Source: an uncultured Verrucomicrobiae bacterium (GTDB lineage: Bacteria > Verrucomicrobiota > Verrucomicrobiia > Chthoniobacterales > JAFAMB01). From it: a DNA stretch of 64,000 bases. Shown here in pieces: positions 28,385 through 37,442 of the stretch. The notes under the pieces were generated by a model. The model was not told the DNA's origin and made no database searches. It saw nothing but the letters and a program-made list of their open reading frames with translations. Each line of letters begins with the position of its first letter. Position 1 is the first letter of the stretch. Location: contig CAVXLD010000004.1 of the NCBI GenBank assembly GCA_963762565.1, positions 113,774 through 177,773 on the forward strand, read 5' to 3'. The translations under genes and the position numbers were made by a program.

Positions 28385-29491
28385 TTAGCCCTCGATCATG
28401 ATGAGACCCAATTGCTGGGCAGTAATACGACCGGTTTGTAGCCGCCAGATATCGACGATCAGTTGCCGGCCGATGGCCACCACGGCTTTTTTCTTCAGTC
28501 CTCGGTTAGAGCCCTCCAGTAGCTCACGCCATTTTTGCACCGCTTTATACTCGGGCTGGAAGAGGATCATCCGCCAGACCATCTCGGTGATGATGCGCCG
28601 CAGAGCCGGTAGTCCCACTTTGGTGATTGCACCCAAGCGTTGGCTCTCTCCGCTGCTCCATTCACTGGGCACCATCCCGGCTAAGCAGCCGATCTTGCGT
28701 TCAGTTGAGTAAAGATTCCAATCCAGTACTTCAGCATTCAATTGCGCCAAGCTGGGAGCTCCCATCCCCTTTGGCCGTGGGCCTTGGTACTGCTTGGTTA
28801 GCTCTGCCTTGGCTTGCTCAATTTGCTGGTCTAGCTCGCGTAATATCCCAACCCAGCGACCAAGATGTTTTACAATCCAAGGCGCCACCCCCTTGCTTAA
28901 GTGCTCAAAAGCTTTGGGCCGCCACCAATTGCTCCAGCTCTGGTAGCCCTGGCTCAGCAAAAGGGAGTTGCCCATGACGCCGATGCGCTGGCGTTCTTGC
29001 ACCAGCGCATCGTGCTGGCGACTTTCCACTCGAGCCTGCTCTTGAGCCTCCCTCGGTATTCTGACCAGTTGCAGCGCTTGCTCATTGCCATTGAGATAAT
29101 TGCTCAGATCACTGGTTAAGGTTCGCGCATCAATTGAGTTGTTCTTGCCCCGCTTCCTCTTCTGCTCTCCGCTGCGGGGTGCACAGACCAGGCACTCAAT
29201 CCCGCTTGCCTTTAACTGCCGATACAGCGAGTACCCCAGCGGCCCGGCTTCGTAGACCACCACCACTTCCTTGGCTTGCTCTCGCTGCTTCTCAACGTAA
29301 AGCAACAACGCTTCCTTGCTCCCGAATGTCTGGGCTACTCCCACAGCCCCGTTATCGATCTTGCGGGCCGCCTGATAGCTCTTTAGGTGCGCATCGACTC
29401 CCAGCACGATCCGGTTTGCCTTCGCTTCCTTTTGGCTGTTCTTTTCCTGGCTTACGGCGGTCGGTGCCGCCTTGAGTTTGTATTCAATCAT
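28385..29491 (-). CDS. IS110-family recombinase/transposase
   Basis: RuvC-like LGVDAH, VVYEAGPLG, KNNSIDA; C-terminal GMVPSEWSSG catalytic-Ser motif, G.ITK.G...LR, KKAVVAIGRQL. Confidence 0.93.
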   Translation of the reverse strand: MIEYKLKAAPTAVSQEKNSQKEAKANRIVLGVDAHLKSYQAARKIDNGAVGVAQTFGSKEALLLYVEKQREQAKEVVVVYEAGPLGYSLYRQLKASGIECLVCAPRSGEQKRKRGKNNSIDARTLTSDLSNYLNGNEQALQLVRIPREAQEQARVESRQHDALVQERQRIGVMGNSLLLSQGYQSWSNWWRPKAFEHLSKGVAPWIVKHLGRWVGILRELDQQIEQAKAELTKQYQGPRPKGMGAPSLAQLNAEVLDWNLYSTERKIGCLAGMVPSEWSSGESQRLGAITKVGLPALRRIITEMVWRMILFQPEYKAVQKWRELLEGSNRGLKKKAVVAIGRQLIVDIWRLQTGRITAQQLGLIMIEG

Positions 29492-29654
29492 TGTTTGTCA
29501 GGCTGCTGTTGATCCGGCAGCCTGACAACACCATGGCATCTACCAAAAGAGGGGCCCCGCCCCAAATCACCAATCACCAATCACCTTTCACCTCTCATCT
29601 CTCACCCTCCCCCTCCCCCTTGCCCCCACCCCCCTCCTCCCTTATGGGTTAGGG

Positions 29655-30467
29655 ATGCGCATTGTCCGTTACCTGGCACAGGATGGAAACGTTCGCCACG
29701 CTGCAGAACAGAAGAACGGCACCTGCCTCGATATTCTCGGCGACCTGCTTCATAGCTTCGAAGTGACAGACCGGGAAGCCAAGATGGTGAAAATGCTGTC
29801 ACCGATCGAGCCGCGAGTCATCCTCGGCATTGGGCTCAACTACCGAGGGCACGCTCAGGAACAAGGGATCCAGCTTCCTCAACGCCCTATGCTTTTCATA
29901 AAGGCGCCCAATAGCCTCTCCAATCCCGGCGATCCGATCGTGATTCCAACCCGTCTCCCCAGCACTGAAGTCGATTATGAAGGCGAGTTAGCGGTGGTGA
30001 TCGGTCGCGATTGCAAGAACGTGAGTAAGGCTAACGCCCTCGACTTTGTCCTTGGCTATACTATCGCAAATGACGTCTCGGCCAGAGATTGGCAGAAAAA
30101 ATTCGGCGGAGGCCAATTTTGCCGGGGAAAAAGCTTCGATACATTTGCCCCCATGGGGCCGGTCCTGGTCACGAAGGACGAAATTCCGAACCCCGGTGAG
30201 CTGCACCTTCAAACTCGAGTTAACGGAGAAAAACGTCAGGATACTAATACCAGCGATCTGATCTTTGATGTACCTGCTTTGATCGAGTTCTTGAGTGGCT
30301 CCACAACGTTGTTGGCCGGATCGGTTATTTTGACGGGTACACCCAGTGGGGTCGGAAATTACATGAACCCGCCTCAATACCTGAAGGCGGGTGACGTGGT
30401 TGAGATCGAGATCGAAAAGATAGGGGTTCTAAGTAATCCCGTGACGGTCGAGGACAAGTATGGATGA
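29655..30467 (+). CDS. Fumarylacetoacetate hydrolase family protein
   Basis: IGLNY..H, VDYEGEL, NDVSARDWQ, GKSFDTF.P.GP, ILTGTPSGVG. Confidence 0.93.
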   Translation: MRIVRYLAQDGNVRHAAEQKNGTCLDILGDLLHSFEVTDREAKMVKMLSPIEPRVILGIGLNYRGHAQEQGIQLPQRPMLFIKAPNSLSNPGDPIVIPTRLPSTEVDYEGELAVVIGRDCKNVSKANALDFVLGYTIANDVSARDWQKKFGGGQFCRGKSFDTFAPMGPVLVTKDEIPNPGELHLQTRVNGEKRQDTNTSDLIFDVPALIEFLSGSTTLLAGSVILTGTPSGVGNYMNPPQYLKAGDVVEIEIEKIGVLSNPVTVEDKYG

Positions 30468-30476
30468 TATCATCCA

Positions 30477-30625
30477 ATCGTAATCGTCCTCGTCGTCGTC
30501 CTCGTCCTCGACAACCCAGCGCTCCGCAGCGATTGTAGGTCAAGCGTCGAATCAGGAGTCGGTTTCGATCACGGGGCTGCATCATCAAAGTTCGAGGACG
30601 AGGACGACGACGAGAACGAGAACGA
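30477..30625. repeat. Inverted (TCGTCC)n/(GGACGA)n element
   Basis: tcgtcctcgtcgtcgtcctcgtcctcga versus tcgaggacgaggacgacgacgagaacgagaacga. Confidence 0.85.
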
Positions 30626-30651
30626 AAAAGCGCCGTAACCGGCATATTAGA

Positions 30652-32832
30652 ATGTCATTCCAACTTTCTTCTGAATATACCCTTAAAGGTGACCAAGAGT
30701 CTGCGGTCGAACAATTGGTGCGCTCGCTGGAAGCCGGTAACCGTCATCAAACACTTCTAGGGGTTACAGGTTCTGGCAAAACCTTCACTGCCGCGAACGT
30801 AGTGGCAACCTTGGATAGGCCGACCCTGGTAATCTCTCATAACAAGACTTTAGCCGCTCAGCTCTACAGCGAGTTTAAACAGTTTTTCCCTAAGAATGCG
30901 GTCGAATATTTCGTCAGTTACTTCGACTACTATCAGCCCGAGGCGTACATCCCCAGGACTGACACTTACATTGAAAAAGACTCATCCATCAATGAGGAGA
31001 TCGAACGGCTGCGGCTTTCTACCACGAGTTCCCTCCTCTCCCGGCGTGATGTGATCGTGGTTGCCAGTGTCTCCTGCATATACGGATTGGGTTCGCCGGA
31101 GGATTACGCCAACATGGTCTGCAACGTGTTCAAGGGCCAACCGTTATCTCGCGAGCTCTTCCTGGCCAAGCTGGTCGATATGCTTTACGAACGAAACGAT
31201 GTGGCGCTGACTCGAGGGAAGTTTCGGGTTCGCGGCGACGTAGTGGAAGTTCATCCGGCCACAGCAGACGAAGAAGCCATTCGGGTCGAATTTTTCGGCG
31301 ATGAAATCGATCTGATTACCTGCTTCGATCCATTGACTGGCTCACCAAATGAGAGTCTCGATCGCTACACATTTTTCCCGGCTAAACAATTCGTCACACC
31401 TTACGAAAAGATGCGGCGAGCATTGACCGCCATCCGGGGGGAGCTCGACGAGCGCGTGGTTTGGTTTGAGGCTAATCACAAGCTGCTTGAGGCCCAACGG
31501 ATCAAGATGCGGACCGAGTTTGACCTGGAGATGCTTTCGGAGATGGGATTTTGCAGCGGCATCGAGAATTATTCACGGCATTTAAGCGGACGCGAGCCGG
31601 GCTCACGTCCTTACACGCTGCTCGACTTCTTCCCCAAAGATTTCTTCCTGATTGTTGACGAATCGCATGCCACGATTCCGCAGATCGGCGGGATGTATGA
31701 AGGTGACCGGTCCCGAAAGACCACCCTGGTCGAATACGGCTTTCGGTTACCGAGCGCGTTGGATAACCGGCCGCTGAATTTTCCCGAATTCATGGAGATG
31801 ACCAACCAGATTCTCTACATCAGCGCGACCCCGGCCGACTTTGAGGTCCAGAACAGCATCGTGGGAAACGCGTCTTATATTCCCCACGCCCGAGACCGGA
31901 TTGGCCGGGAAGAAACCGAGCCCGTCCTGTTACCGATGCTAACCGGACGCGCGGCTGGCCAGCTTGCTGTGCATACTCCCGGAACTCGTTTAGTCGTGCA
32001 GCAGATTATCCGCCCAACCGGGTTATTGGATCCCCGCATCACAATCCGCCCTTTGAAAAATCAAATCGATGAAACCATCGAGTTGTGCCGCGGCCGGTCG
32101 GAGAAGGGTGAACGAGTGCTGATTACGACCCTGACCAAACGGACGGCAGAAGATTTGACGGACTATTTGCGGGATGTCGGCCTCAAGGTTCGCTATCTGC
32201 ACAGCGAGATCGACGCGATCGAACGCGTAGAAATTCTTCGATCGTTACGCGCCGGCGATTTCGATATTCTAGTGGGTATCAATCTTTTGCGAGAAGGCCT
32301 CGATTTACCGGAGGTTAGCCTGGTTTGTATCCTTGATGCCGACAAGGAAGGTTTTCTCCGCAGCCAGACTTCCTTGATCCAGACAGCGGGGCGAGCTGCT
32401 CGCCATGTTAACGGCGAGGTCGTCCTCTTCGCCGACATCCTCACCGAGAGTATCCAACGCCTGGTCGCCATCACGGATTTCCGGCGCGCCAAACAGGCCG
32501 AGTATAACGAACAACATGGGATCACCCCTAAGAGCGTTCGTCGCGCCGTCCAGGAAAGCCTTCACACGATGCTCCGAGGTAAACAACTCGAGGAATCTAT
32601 CGTTCGCGAATCCGGCGCCGATTTTGATTTGACCGAGGTTCTTCGCGAGCTGGAAGAAGAAATGCAATTAGCCGCTGCCAATCTGGAGTATGAGCGGGCC
32701 GCCCTACTGCGCGATCAAATCCTCGAGCTCAAGAACGGAACCGGTGTCACGAAGATCGAGCCCAAGAGACGGCCCATCAAATACACCCGTCCCAGCGGGC
32801 GAGCGACCGCCAAGTCTAAACGGAACCGCTGA
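30652..32832 (+). CDS. uvrB: Excinuclease ABC subunit B
   Basis: LLGVTGSGKT, HNKTLAAQLY, DYYQPEAY, DESH, GINLLREGLDLPEV, QTAGRAAR, C-terminal UVR domain. Confidence 0.98.
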   Translation: MSFQLSSEYTLKGDQESAVEQLVRSLEAGNRHQTLLGVTGSGKTFTAANVVATLDRPTLVISHNKTLAAQLYSEFKQFFPKNAVEYFVSYFDYYQPEAYIPRTDTYIEKDSSINEEIERLRLSTTSSLLSRRDVIVVASVSCIYGLGSPEDYANMVCNVFKGQPLSRELFLAKLVDMLYERNDVALTRGKFRVRGDVVEVHPATADEEAIRVEFFGDEIDLITCFDPLTGSPNESLDRYTFFPAKQFVTPYEKMRRALTAIRGELDERVVWFEANHKLLEAQRIKMRTEFDLEMLSEMGFCSGIENYSRHLSGREPGSRPYTLLDFFPKDFFLIVDESHATIPQIGGMYEGDRSRKTTLVEYGFRLPSALDNRPLNFPEFMEMTNQILYISATPADFEVQNSIVGNASYIPHARDRIGREETEPVLLPMLTGRAAGQLAVHTPGTRLVVQQIIRPTGLLDPRITIRPLKNQIDETIELCRGRSEKGERVLITTLTKRTAEDLTDYLRDVGLKVRYLHSEIDAIERVEILRSLRAGDFDILVGINLLREGLDLPEVSLVCILDADKEGFLRSQTSLIQTAGRAARHVNGEVVLFADILTESIQRLVAITDFRRAKQAEYNEQHGITPKSVRRAVQESLHTMLRGKQLEESIVRESGADFDLTEVLRELEEEMQLAAANLEYERAALLRDQILELKNGTGVTKIEPKRRPIKYTRPSGRATAKSKRNR

Positions 32833-32839
32833 TTTAAGT

Positions 32840-33056
32840 AATATCCGCAGATTTCGCAGATTACGGTCGGAGCTTCGGTTGAGTCCAAGCGGCCAGACAA
32901 GGTTGGTTGTATAGCGGCTGCGGACTCGGCAGTTGCCGATCGCTGTCAGATCCAATCCGACAACCAGGCGTCATCCCGACCGAAAAGTTTTCTACCTTGC
33001 CAGATGCCCCGGACCTAAAACCGTAATCTGCGTAATCTGCGAAATCTGCGGATATT
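32840..33056. repeat. Inverted (CGCAGATTW)n/(AATCTGCGW)n element
   Basis: aatatccgcagatttcgcagattacgg versus ccgtaatctgcgtaatctgcgaaatctgcggatatt; second copy at 40167-40388. Confidence 0.85.
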
Positions 33057-33057
33057 A

Positions 33058-33447
33058 TTAAGTCTGCGGTTTGGGTTGCTTTCGTGATTTCCGGACCGTG
33101 AAAGAAAAAGTGCCCACCGTCATGTGATTATCACTGGAAACAGCTCTCCAACTGACTTTATATCTTCCCCTAGCTAGAGCGGGAACCGATAGCGTCAACA
33201 GGGACGGGTCATCGGAGTCAACCGTGGCGCGGTCTTGAGTAACCACCGGCCTTCCGCGATGATCGAAGAGTTGAATCTGACAGAACGCGGGCTCCAGACT
33301 TTCTGTAAACCAGATCTTAATCTCGGTCGGCGGCGTATCAACCGTGCTTCCCACGGCCGGTTCAGCGTGATCGAGAAAAGCGCTCGCCCATACGTTCGTC
33401 GCAGCTAATAACAAAGCGATTACGGCTAGTCGAGGAGTCGGTTTCAT
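33058..33447 (-). CDS. copC: CopC family protein, second paralog
   Basis: AFLDHAEP..GS, FTESLEP.F, Y.V.WRAVS.D.H...G.F.FTV. Confidence 0.85.
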   Translation of the reverse strand: MKPTPRLAVIALLLAATNVWASAFLDHAEPAVGSTVDTPPTEIKIWFTESLEPAFCQIQLFDHRGRPVVTQDRATVDSDDPSLLTLSVPALARGRYKVSWRAVSSDNHMTVGTFSFTVRKSRKQPKPQT

Positions 33448-33502
33448 AGCAATGGTTCGTTGAAAATGCGTGAACGATGAAAAAGGCGGAGAACTGCATA
33501 CC

Positions 33503-34447
33503 TTAGTGCATCGGTGGTGGAGTGGCGCCAAGAAATCCGATCACCAGAAGGACGCCGCCAGCCAAAAAAGTCTCGCAGGCCACACTTCGGATCAGCAACC
33601 GGATTGGCGTCGCGTCCGATTCAGCGGTTTGGCTTTCTACAATGGCGGCGCGAAACAATCGTGGTTTTAAGACCAACAAGTTCCAGGCGCCAAGACACAG
33701 CATCAGGACGAATAAGGCAATTTTGAAGAGCAACAATCGGCCATAGTCTGTCATGAACAGCGCTCCAAGGCTGCCGACAATAAAATAAGTATTGAGAAGC
33801 CCCGTCGCTACCAGCAACCCGACTACCATTAAGCTTAGGGCGGAAAAGCGTCGAACTACATCCGCGGCAAACCGATTAGTACTTTGGTTAAGACCTCGAT
33901 ATTGCCCAAAAAGTAAGAGCAAAAGTGGCAGTAGTCCACCAGGCCAAAAGGCTGCTGCGATAAGGTGACCGATGTCACCTATCAATGGCAGCGGTCCGCC
34001 GCTTCCGACAATCGCACCGGCGTGCCCTGCGGCCGCCAATGAAGCGAGAATTGCGAACGACAAGGCCGCGGTGAGTACCTCGTCAAATCCGATGAAAATC
34101 AGTATTCCAAGAATGAGGCAGCCGCCCACCCGGAACGCCCATAAATTTCCAAAGTGAGTCTGCAGCAGGACGGTCTGAAGCGTGTCCGGAGTGACGTCAA
34201 GCAACGTGGCTGCGCCGCTCATTGAAACAGTCACCAAGCCGAACCACACCAAAGCGGACAGGACCATTGTAGACCAACTAACCAGCGCTAGGCGGCCCCA
34301 CCTGCCTTTGAACCTCGGCTGAAATTGGTCAACGCGTCCGTGCCGTGCTGCCACTGGCGCCAGCACGACTAGTCTGAACGCAAACACTCCCGCCAACAAT
34401 ATCGACGCCCCGATATGTATCGCCCGTGCTAACGCCAGCCAGAGCAT
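33503..34447 (-). CDS. copD: CopD family copper transport membrane protein
   Basis: R.IH, T.FG..W..R, AGHAGA, HLIAAAFWPGGL, RFS, TDYGRLLLFK. Confidence 0.9.
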   Translation of the reverse strand: MLWLALARAIHIGASILLAGVFAFRLVVLAPVAARHGRVDQFQPRFKGRWGRLALVSWSTMVLSALVWFGLVTVSMSGAATLLDVTPDTLQTVLLQTHFGNLWAFRVGGCLILGILIFIGFDEVLTAALSFAILASLAAAGHAGAIVGSGGPLPLIGDIGHLIAAAFWPGGLLPLLLLLFGQYRGLNQSTNRFAADVVRRFSALSLMVVGLLVATGLLNTYFIVGSLGALFMTDYGRLLLFKIALFVLMLCLGAWNLLVLKPRLFRAAIVESQTAESDATPIRLLIRSVACETFLAGGVLLVIGFLGATPPPMH

Positions 34448-34579
34448 GATTAGTTCAGAAACGATCTCGTTCGTTGCTGGTCAGGAACCGAGCCCGTACC
34501 AATGCCCAAGCGCTTCCAGACTGCATTCCCGGCCCTGTCGGCGTTGTCGGCGACGTCGGCGTTGTCGGCGTTGCTAAGC

Positions 34580-34930
34580 TCATTGGATGGTAAAATCGAA
34601 CGTGCCAGACGTTCTGTGGGTATCGATGGCCACGACCTGCCAAGAAACCCGGTATTTCCCCTCGACCAGCTTTGGCAGGGAAACCGTCATAGTGTTCCCA
34701 TTGACCTTGGTATTTTTGTTATCCACTTCGGCGCCCTTAGCGTCGAAAACCTGGAGCTTGCTAAACGCGGGCTCCAGACCCTCGGTCATCCAGACGGTTA
34801 CCTGGGAGGGAGGTTCGTGGATGGTGCTCCCGACCTTAGGATCTGCATGATCGAGAAAGGCGTGCGCATCCGCGATGCGTGTAAAAACTAGTGAGAGTGC
34901 TAAAAGAATGATTAGGTGTTTGGTATTCAT
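34580..34930 (-). CDS. copC: CopC family copper-binding protein
   Basis: Signal then HAFLDHADP (mature His1), YRVSWQVVAIDTHRTSG. Confidence 0.92.
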   Translation of the reverse strand: MNTKHLIILLALSLVFTRIADAHAFLDHADPKVGSTIHEPPSQVTVWMTEGLEPAFSKLQVFDAKGAEVDNKNTKVNGNTMTVSLPKLVEGKYRVSWQVVAIDTHRTSGTFDFTIQ

Positions 34931-35853
34931 TTGGATTCTCTAAAGAAAAGAGGGTAACCGAAAATCTTGGGCCAGATGTCATCGATGTAGACTTGGACCT
35001 GAACAACCGCGCCGACGTTTGGACCAGTAGCCCGGTTCACTGGGATAACTGCCTCGGCGCCGAGTTGAAAATAGCGCGATTCCCAGAGAAATCCGGGATT
35101 GACCGTCCCGGTAGTGTATCCGCCGCCATGGTTCAAAGGACTGGTCATGGCGAACTCCACTAACGGGAAAACGTTGCGCACAGGGCGCAGCCAATCGATC
35201 TCCTGGATGTGTTGTTCTAGATAGGGAATGCTATATTCGACCGCTAATCCCCAACTGATCGCATTGGGATTGACGGATTCCCCTGGCACGACATATCCGA
35301 GCGTGCCCGTGACAGCCAATGGCTTAATAAATTTGAGAGAGTCAGGTAGATCGCCGAAGCCCTTGCCGACGTAAAGGGTCGGCGTGTAGGTACTGAACGA
35401 CTGGGCGCCTATCGCCTGACTGCCAGTCCCGCCAACGTCGACTTCTCCACCGACCGAGAAGATGAACTCATGCGGCGCGTTCTCGAATAGTTGATACTTA
35501 AAATTGAACCCAAGATCGTCGAAGCCTGCATGGTAGGACTGCCCCTGGGGCTTGAGAACGATGTAGTTGAAAATAATTCCTACCGCGAACTTCGGGAAAA
35601 TTTCCTTATCAAACTCCGAGCTGATGTCGATGTTCAGAGTCTTCGGAGCGCCACCTCCAGCAGGATTATTGAAAAAGGAGATGATTGGCAACGAAAGTTC
35701 ATCAACGGCAAAAGGATCGTCGGTTTGAATCGTTGGAGGGAAAAACCGATCTCCCTCGAATCCATGTGCACCGAGCTTGGTGGTGAGACTGAAAAAAACC
35801 AGTGTAGCAACGACAAGGGTTGCCAACACTCTCACTGAATAAATTGAATACAT
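34927..35853 (-). CDS. Putative outer-membrane beta-barrel protein associated with copCD
   Basis: Signal then HGFEGDRFFPPT; amphipathic beta-strand pattern (FKYQLFEN, FIFSVGGEV, YFQLGAEAVIP); overlaps copC start. Confidence 0.7.
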   Translation of the reverse strand: MYSIYSVRVLATLVVATLVFFSLTTKLGAHGFEGDRFFPPTIQTDDPFAVDELSLPIISFFNNPAGGGAPKTLNIDISSEFDKEIFPKFAVGIIFNYIVLKPQGQSYHAGFDDLGFNFKYQLFENAPHEFIFSVGGEVDVGGTGSQAIGAQSFSTYTPTLYVGKGFGDLPDSLKFIKPLAVTGTLGYVVPGESVNPNAISWGLAVEYSIPYLEQHIQEIDWLRPVRNVFPLVEFAMTSPLNHGGGYTTGTVNPGFLWESRYFQLGAEAVIPVNRATGPNVGAVVQVQVYIDDIWPKIFGYPLFFRESK

Positions 35854-35969
35854 GAAACCCCTAGTAAATTTGTTGTCGAACGGATAGGGCTAGGCACGGT
35901 AGTACCGGGAGATGCCTTAGTGGAACCCGAGCTCGCGAATGGCGAGCTCTCCGACCTCGAACGATTTAA

Positions 35970-36371
35970 CTAGGAGCGGGGTGGCGGAACCGCAGGCTCA
36001 GTAACAATGCCCCGAAGCTGTTCCGCAAATTCGGGATAAACGACTTGAGTCGATTCCCGCCAGATTCGGAATTTGTTCCAGGTGGCTAAGTAATCTTTTT
36101 TCAGCTCCGTTGTCAGAAACGGCGCCTTTTTTTGCTCTCGGTTCTTACCGTCTTGGATGGCCTTACAAACGGGGCACTGGTGCACCCCATCGAAGGTTTG
36201 GGAAAGGCCGGCTATCAACCCGCCTTGCTCGCTATACGACACAACCATGCCTGCCCAGGCTCCCACTTGGAGAATTGCCCAGTGACCTCCCAGAAGCTGC
36301 AGGAAGGCCAGCGAGCAGAACAAGAATCCGATACGGGAACGTAGCCAAGCCACTAAGGCATGCTCGACCAC
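35970..36371 (-). CDS. Small membrane-anchored CxxC protein ending in PPPRS (possible DUF2946-like leader)
   Basis: TM segment with GGHW..LQ..AW.GM, TFDG.HQCPVC, C-terminal PAVPPPRS. Confidence 0.7.
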   Translation of the reverse strand: MVEHALVAWLRSRIGFLFCSLAFLQLLGGHWAILQVGAWAGMVVSYSEQGGLIAGLSQTFDGVHQCPVCKAIQDGKNREQKKAPFLTTELKKDYLATWNKFRIWRESTQVVYPEFAEQLRGIVTEPAVPPPRS

Positions 36372-36664
36372 GCCAGCGCCGAAAGCAAGAATTTCGCTTA
36401 AGGGACAAATACTTTAGCTGATTATCAGCCATTCGATGGTTGATTCTCGATCGTGTTCGTCCCTCGGAATCTCACTGACAGTCCCTGGCCGGGCACGATG
36501 TCACCGGATTATGAGCACTCGCAGAGGCAGTCGGAAAGAAATGGGTTCGCGGTGTCGTTTTGTATACGGGTGTTGATGTTATTCCCTTCGCAGAGGATCT
36601 GCATGGCATTCCACTGCAGACGCCGTGGAGCTAGCTGACCAAGCGGTTGAGAAAATGGGGATGG

Positions 36665-37375
36665 CTAGCCGGAGCTCGGCTCCTCGAGGGCTTTCCGGCT
36701 GCGTGGCAGTGCAAAAGCCACTAAAATCATCCAGATGAATCCGGGAAATCTGGTGAGGGGAATGAGGGGAAGAGTCCATGAAAAGACAAGGTTAAGCGAA
36801 CTCAACTCCCCTAAAACGGCAAGAACGACGCCCAGAATAGCGATCCAATTAGGGACTAGCCTCAAAATCCCTGCGGGAATTGACACTCCGGCGATCAAAA
36901 GACCGAACGGTACTGAAAAGCCGGGTCCGCCCAGCGCGTATGAAAGGTAATAGAGCGCGTTCACGAGCATTGGGTTCTCCGCGATGCCGGGATGCGCGCC
37001 AGCCCAGAGCACGAGCGCCGATGTCGCCACGTTAAAGGCTGTCATCAAGCCGCCGAAAAATGCAATATTAGGACCGGCCGCGCGAACACCTAGAAAGTAG
37101 AGCTGGCTCACGATCGTGGCGGTGAAAATACCGAGCGTTATGGAAGCCCCAAAATGAAAAAAGGCAGAGACTACCAGGGATTCAGGACGCCATCGAAAGA
37201 AGTTAGCGATAGTATTCGGTGTCTCCCAGGAGCCAGGGAAGTAAGGGCTCCCGCCGAACATCGTTACCGGATAAAGTCCGGCTAGAAAGAGAACCACAAA
37301 GACAGTGGCGACGAAGCCGAGATGGGGACCACGATGGCGAGGAGCGCTGGGACGAGATGATGGTGGCGGGTTCAT
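36665..37375 (-). CDS. Integral membrane protein, unknown function
   Basis: About 6 hydrophobic segments; GGPGFSVPFGLLIAG; divergent from a MarR gene. Confidence 0.8.
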   Translation of the reverse strand: MNPPPSSRPSAPRHRGPHLGFVATVFVVLFLAGLYPVTMFGGSPYFPGSWETPNTIANFFRWRPESLVVSAFFHFGASITLGIFTATIVSQLYFLGVRAAGPNIAFFGGLMTAFNVATSALVLWAGAHPGIAENPMLVNALYYLSYALGGPGFSVPFGLLIAGVSIPAGILRLVPNWIAILGVVLAVLGELSSLNLVFSWTLPLIPLTRFPGFIWMILVAFALPRSRKALEEPSSG

Positions 37376-37389
37376 AGTGGAGGCTCCGA

Positions 37390-37442
37390 AATTAGTTATT
37401 ATTATTTATAGTTATATTTAATAATCATTATCATACGTTACT
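37390..37442. promoter_or_regulatory. AT-rich divergent promoter/operator region (probable MarR site)
   Basis: Over 80% AT tract between divergent genes; TATCAT 8 nt before the MarR ATG. Confidence 0.5.

Larger units (their letters stand above)
27932..29541 (-). mobile_element. IS110-family, IS1111-group insertion sequence (1610 bp)
   Basis: Perfect 12-bp sub-terminal IRs ATGGTGTTGTCA (27935-27946) / TGACAACACCAT (29523-29534), 15/16 when extended; removal restores REP arm GGAGCCTCGCCCCACCAA; no target duplication; IRs sit 3 and 7 nt inside the ends. Confidence 0.92.

Noticed and set aside
27925..29546. Target-site duplication around the IS element
   Set aside because: Flanks rejoin to a single REP arm; only the core differs (CC versus CT), as expected for IS110-family recombination
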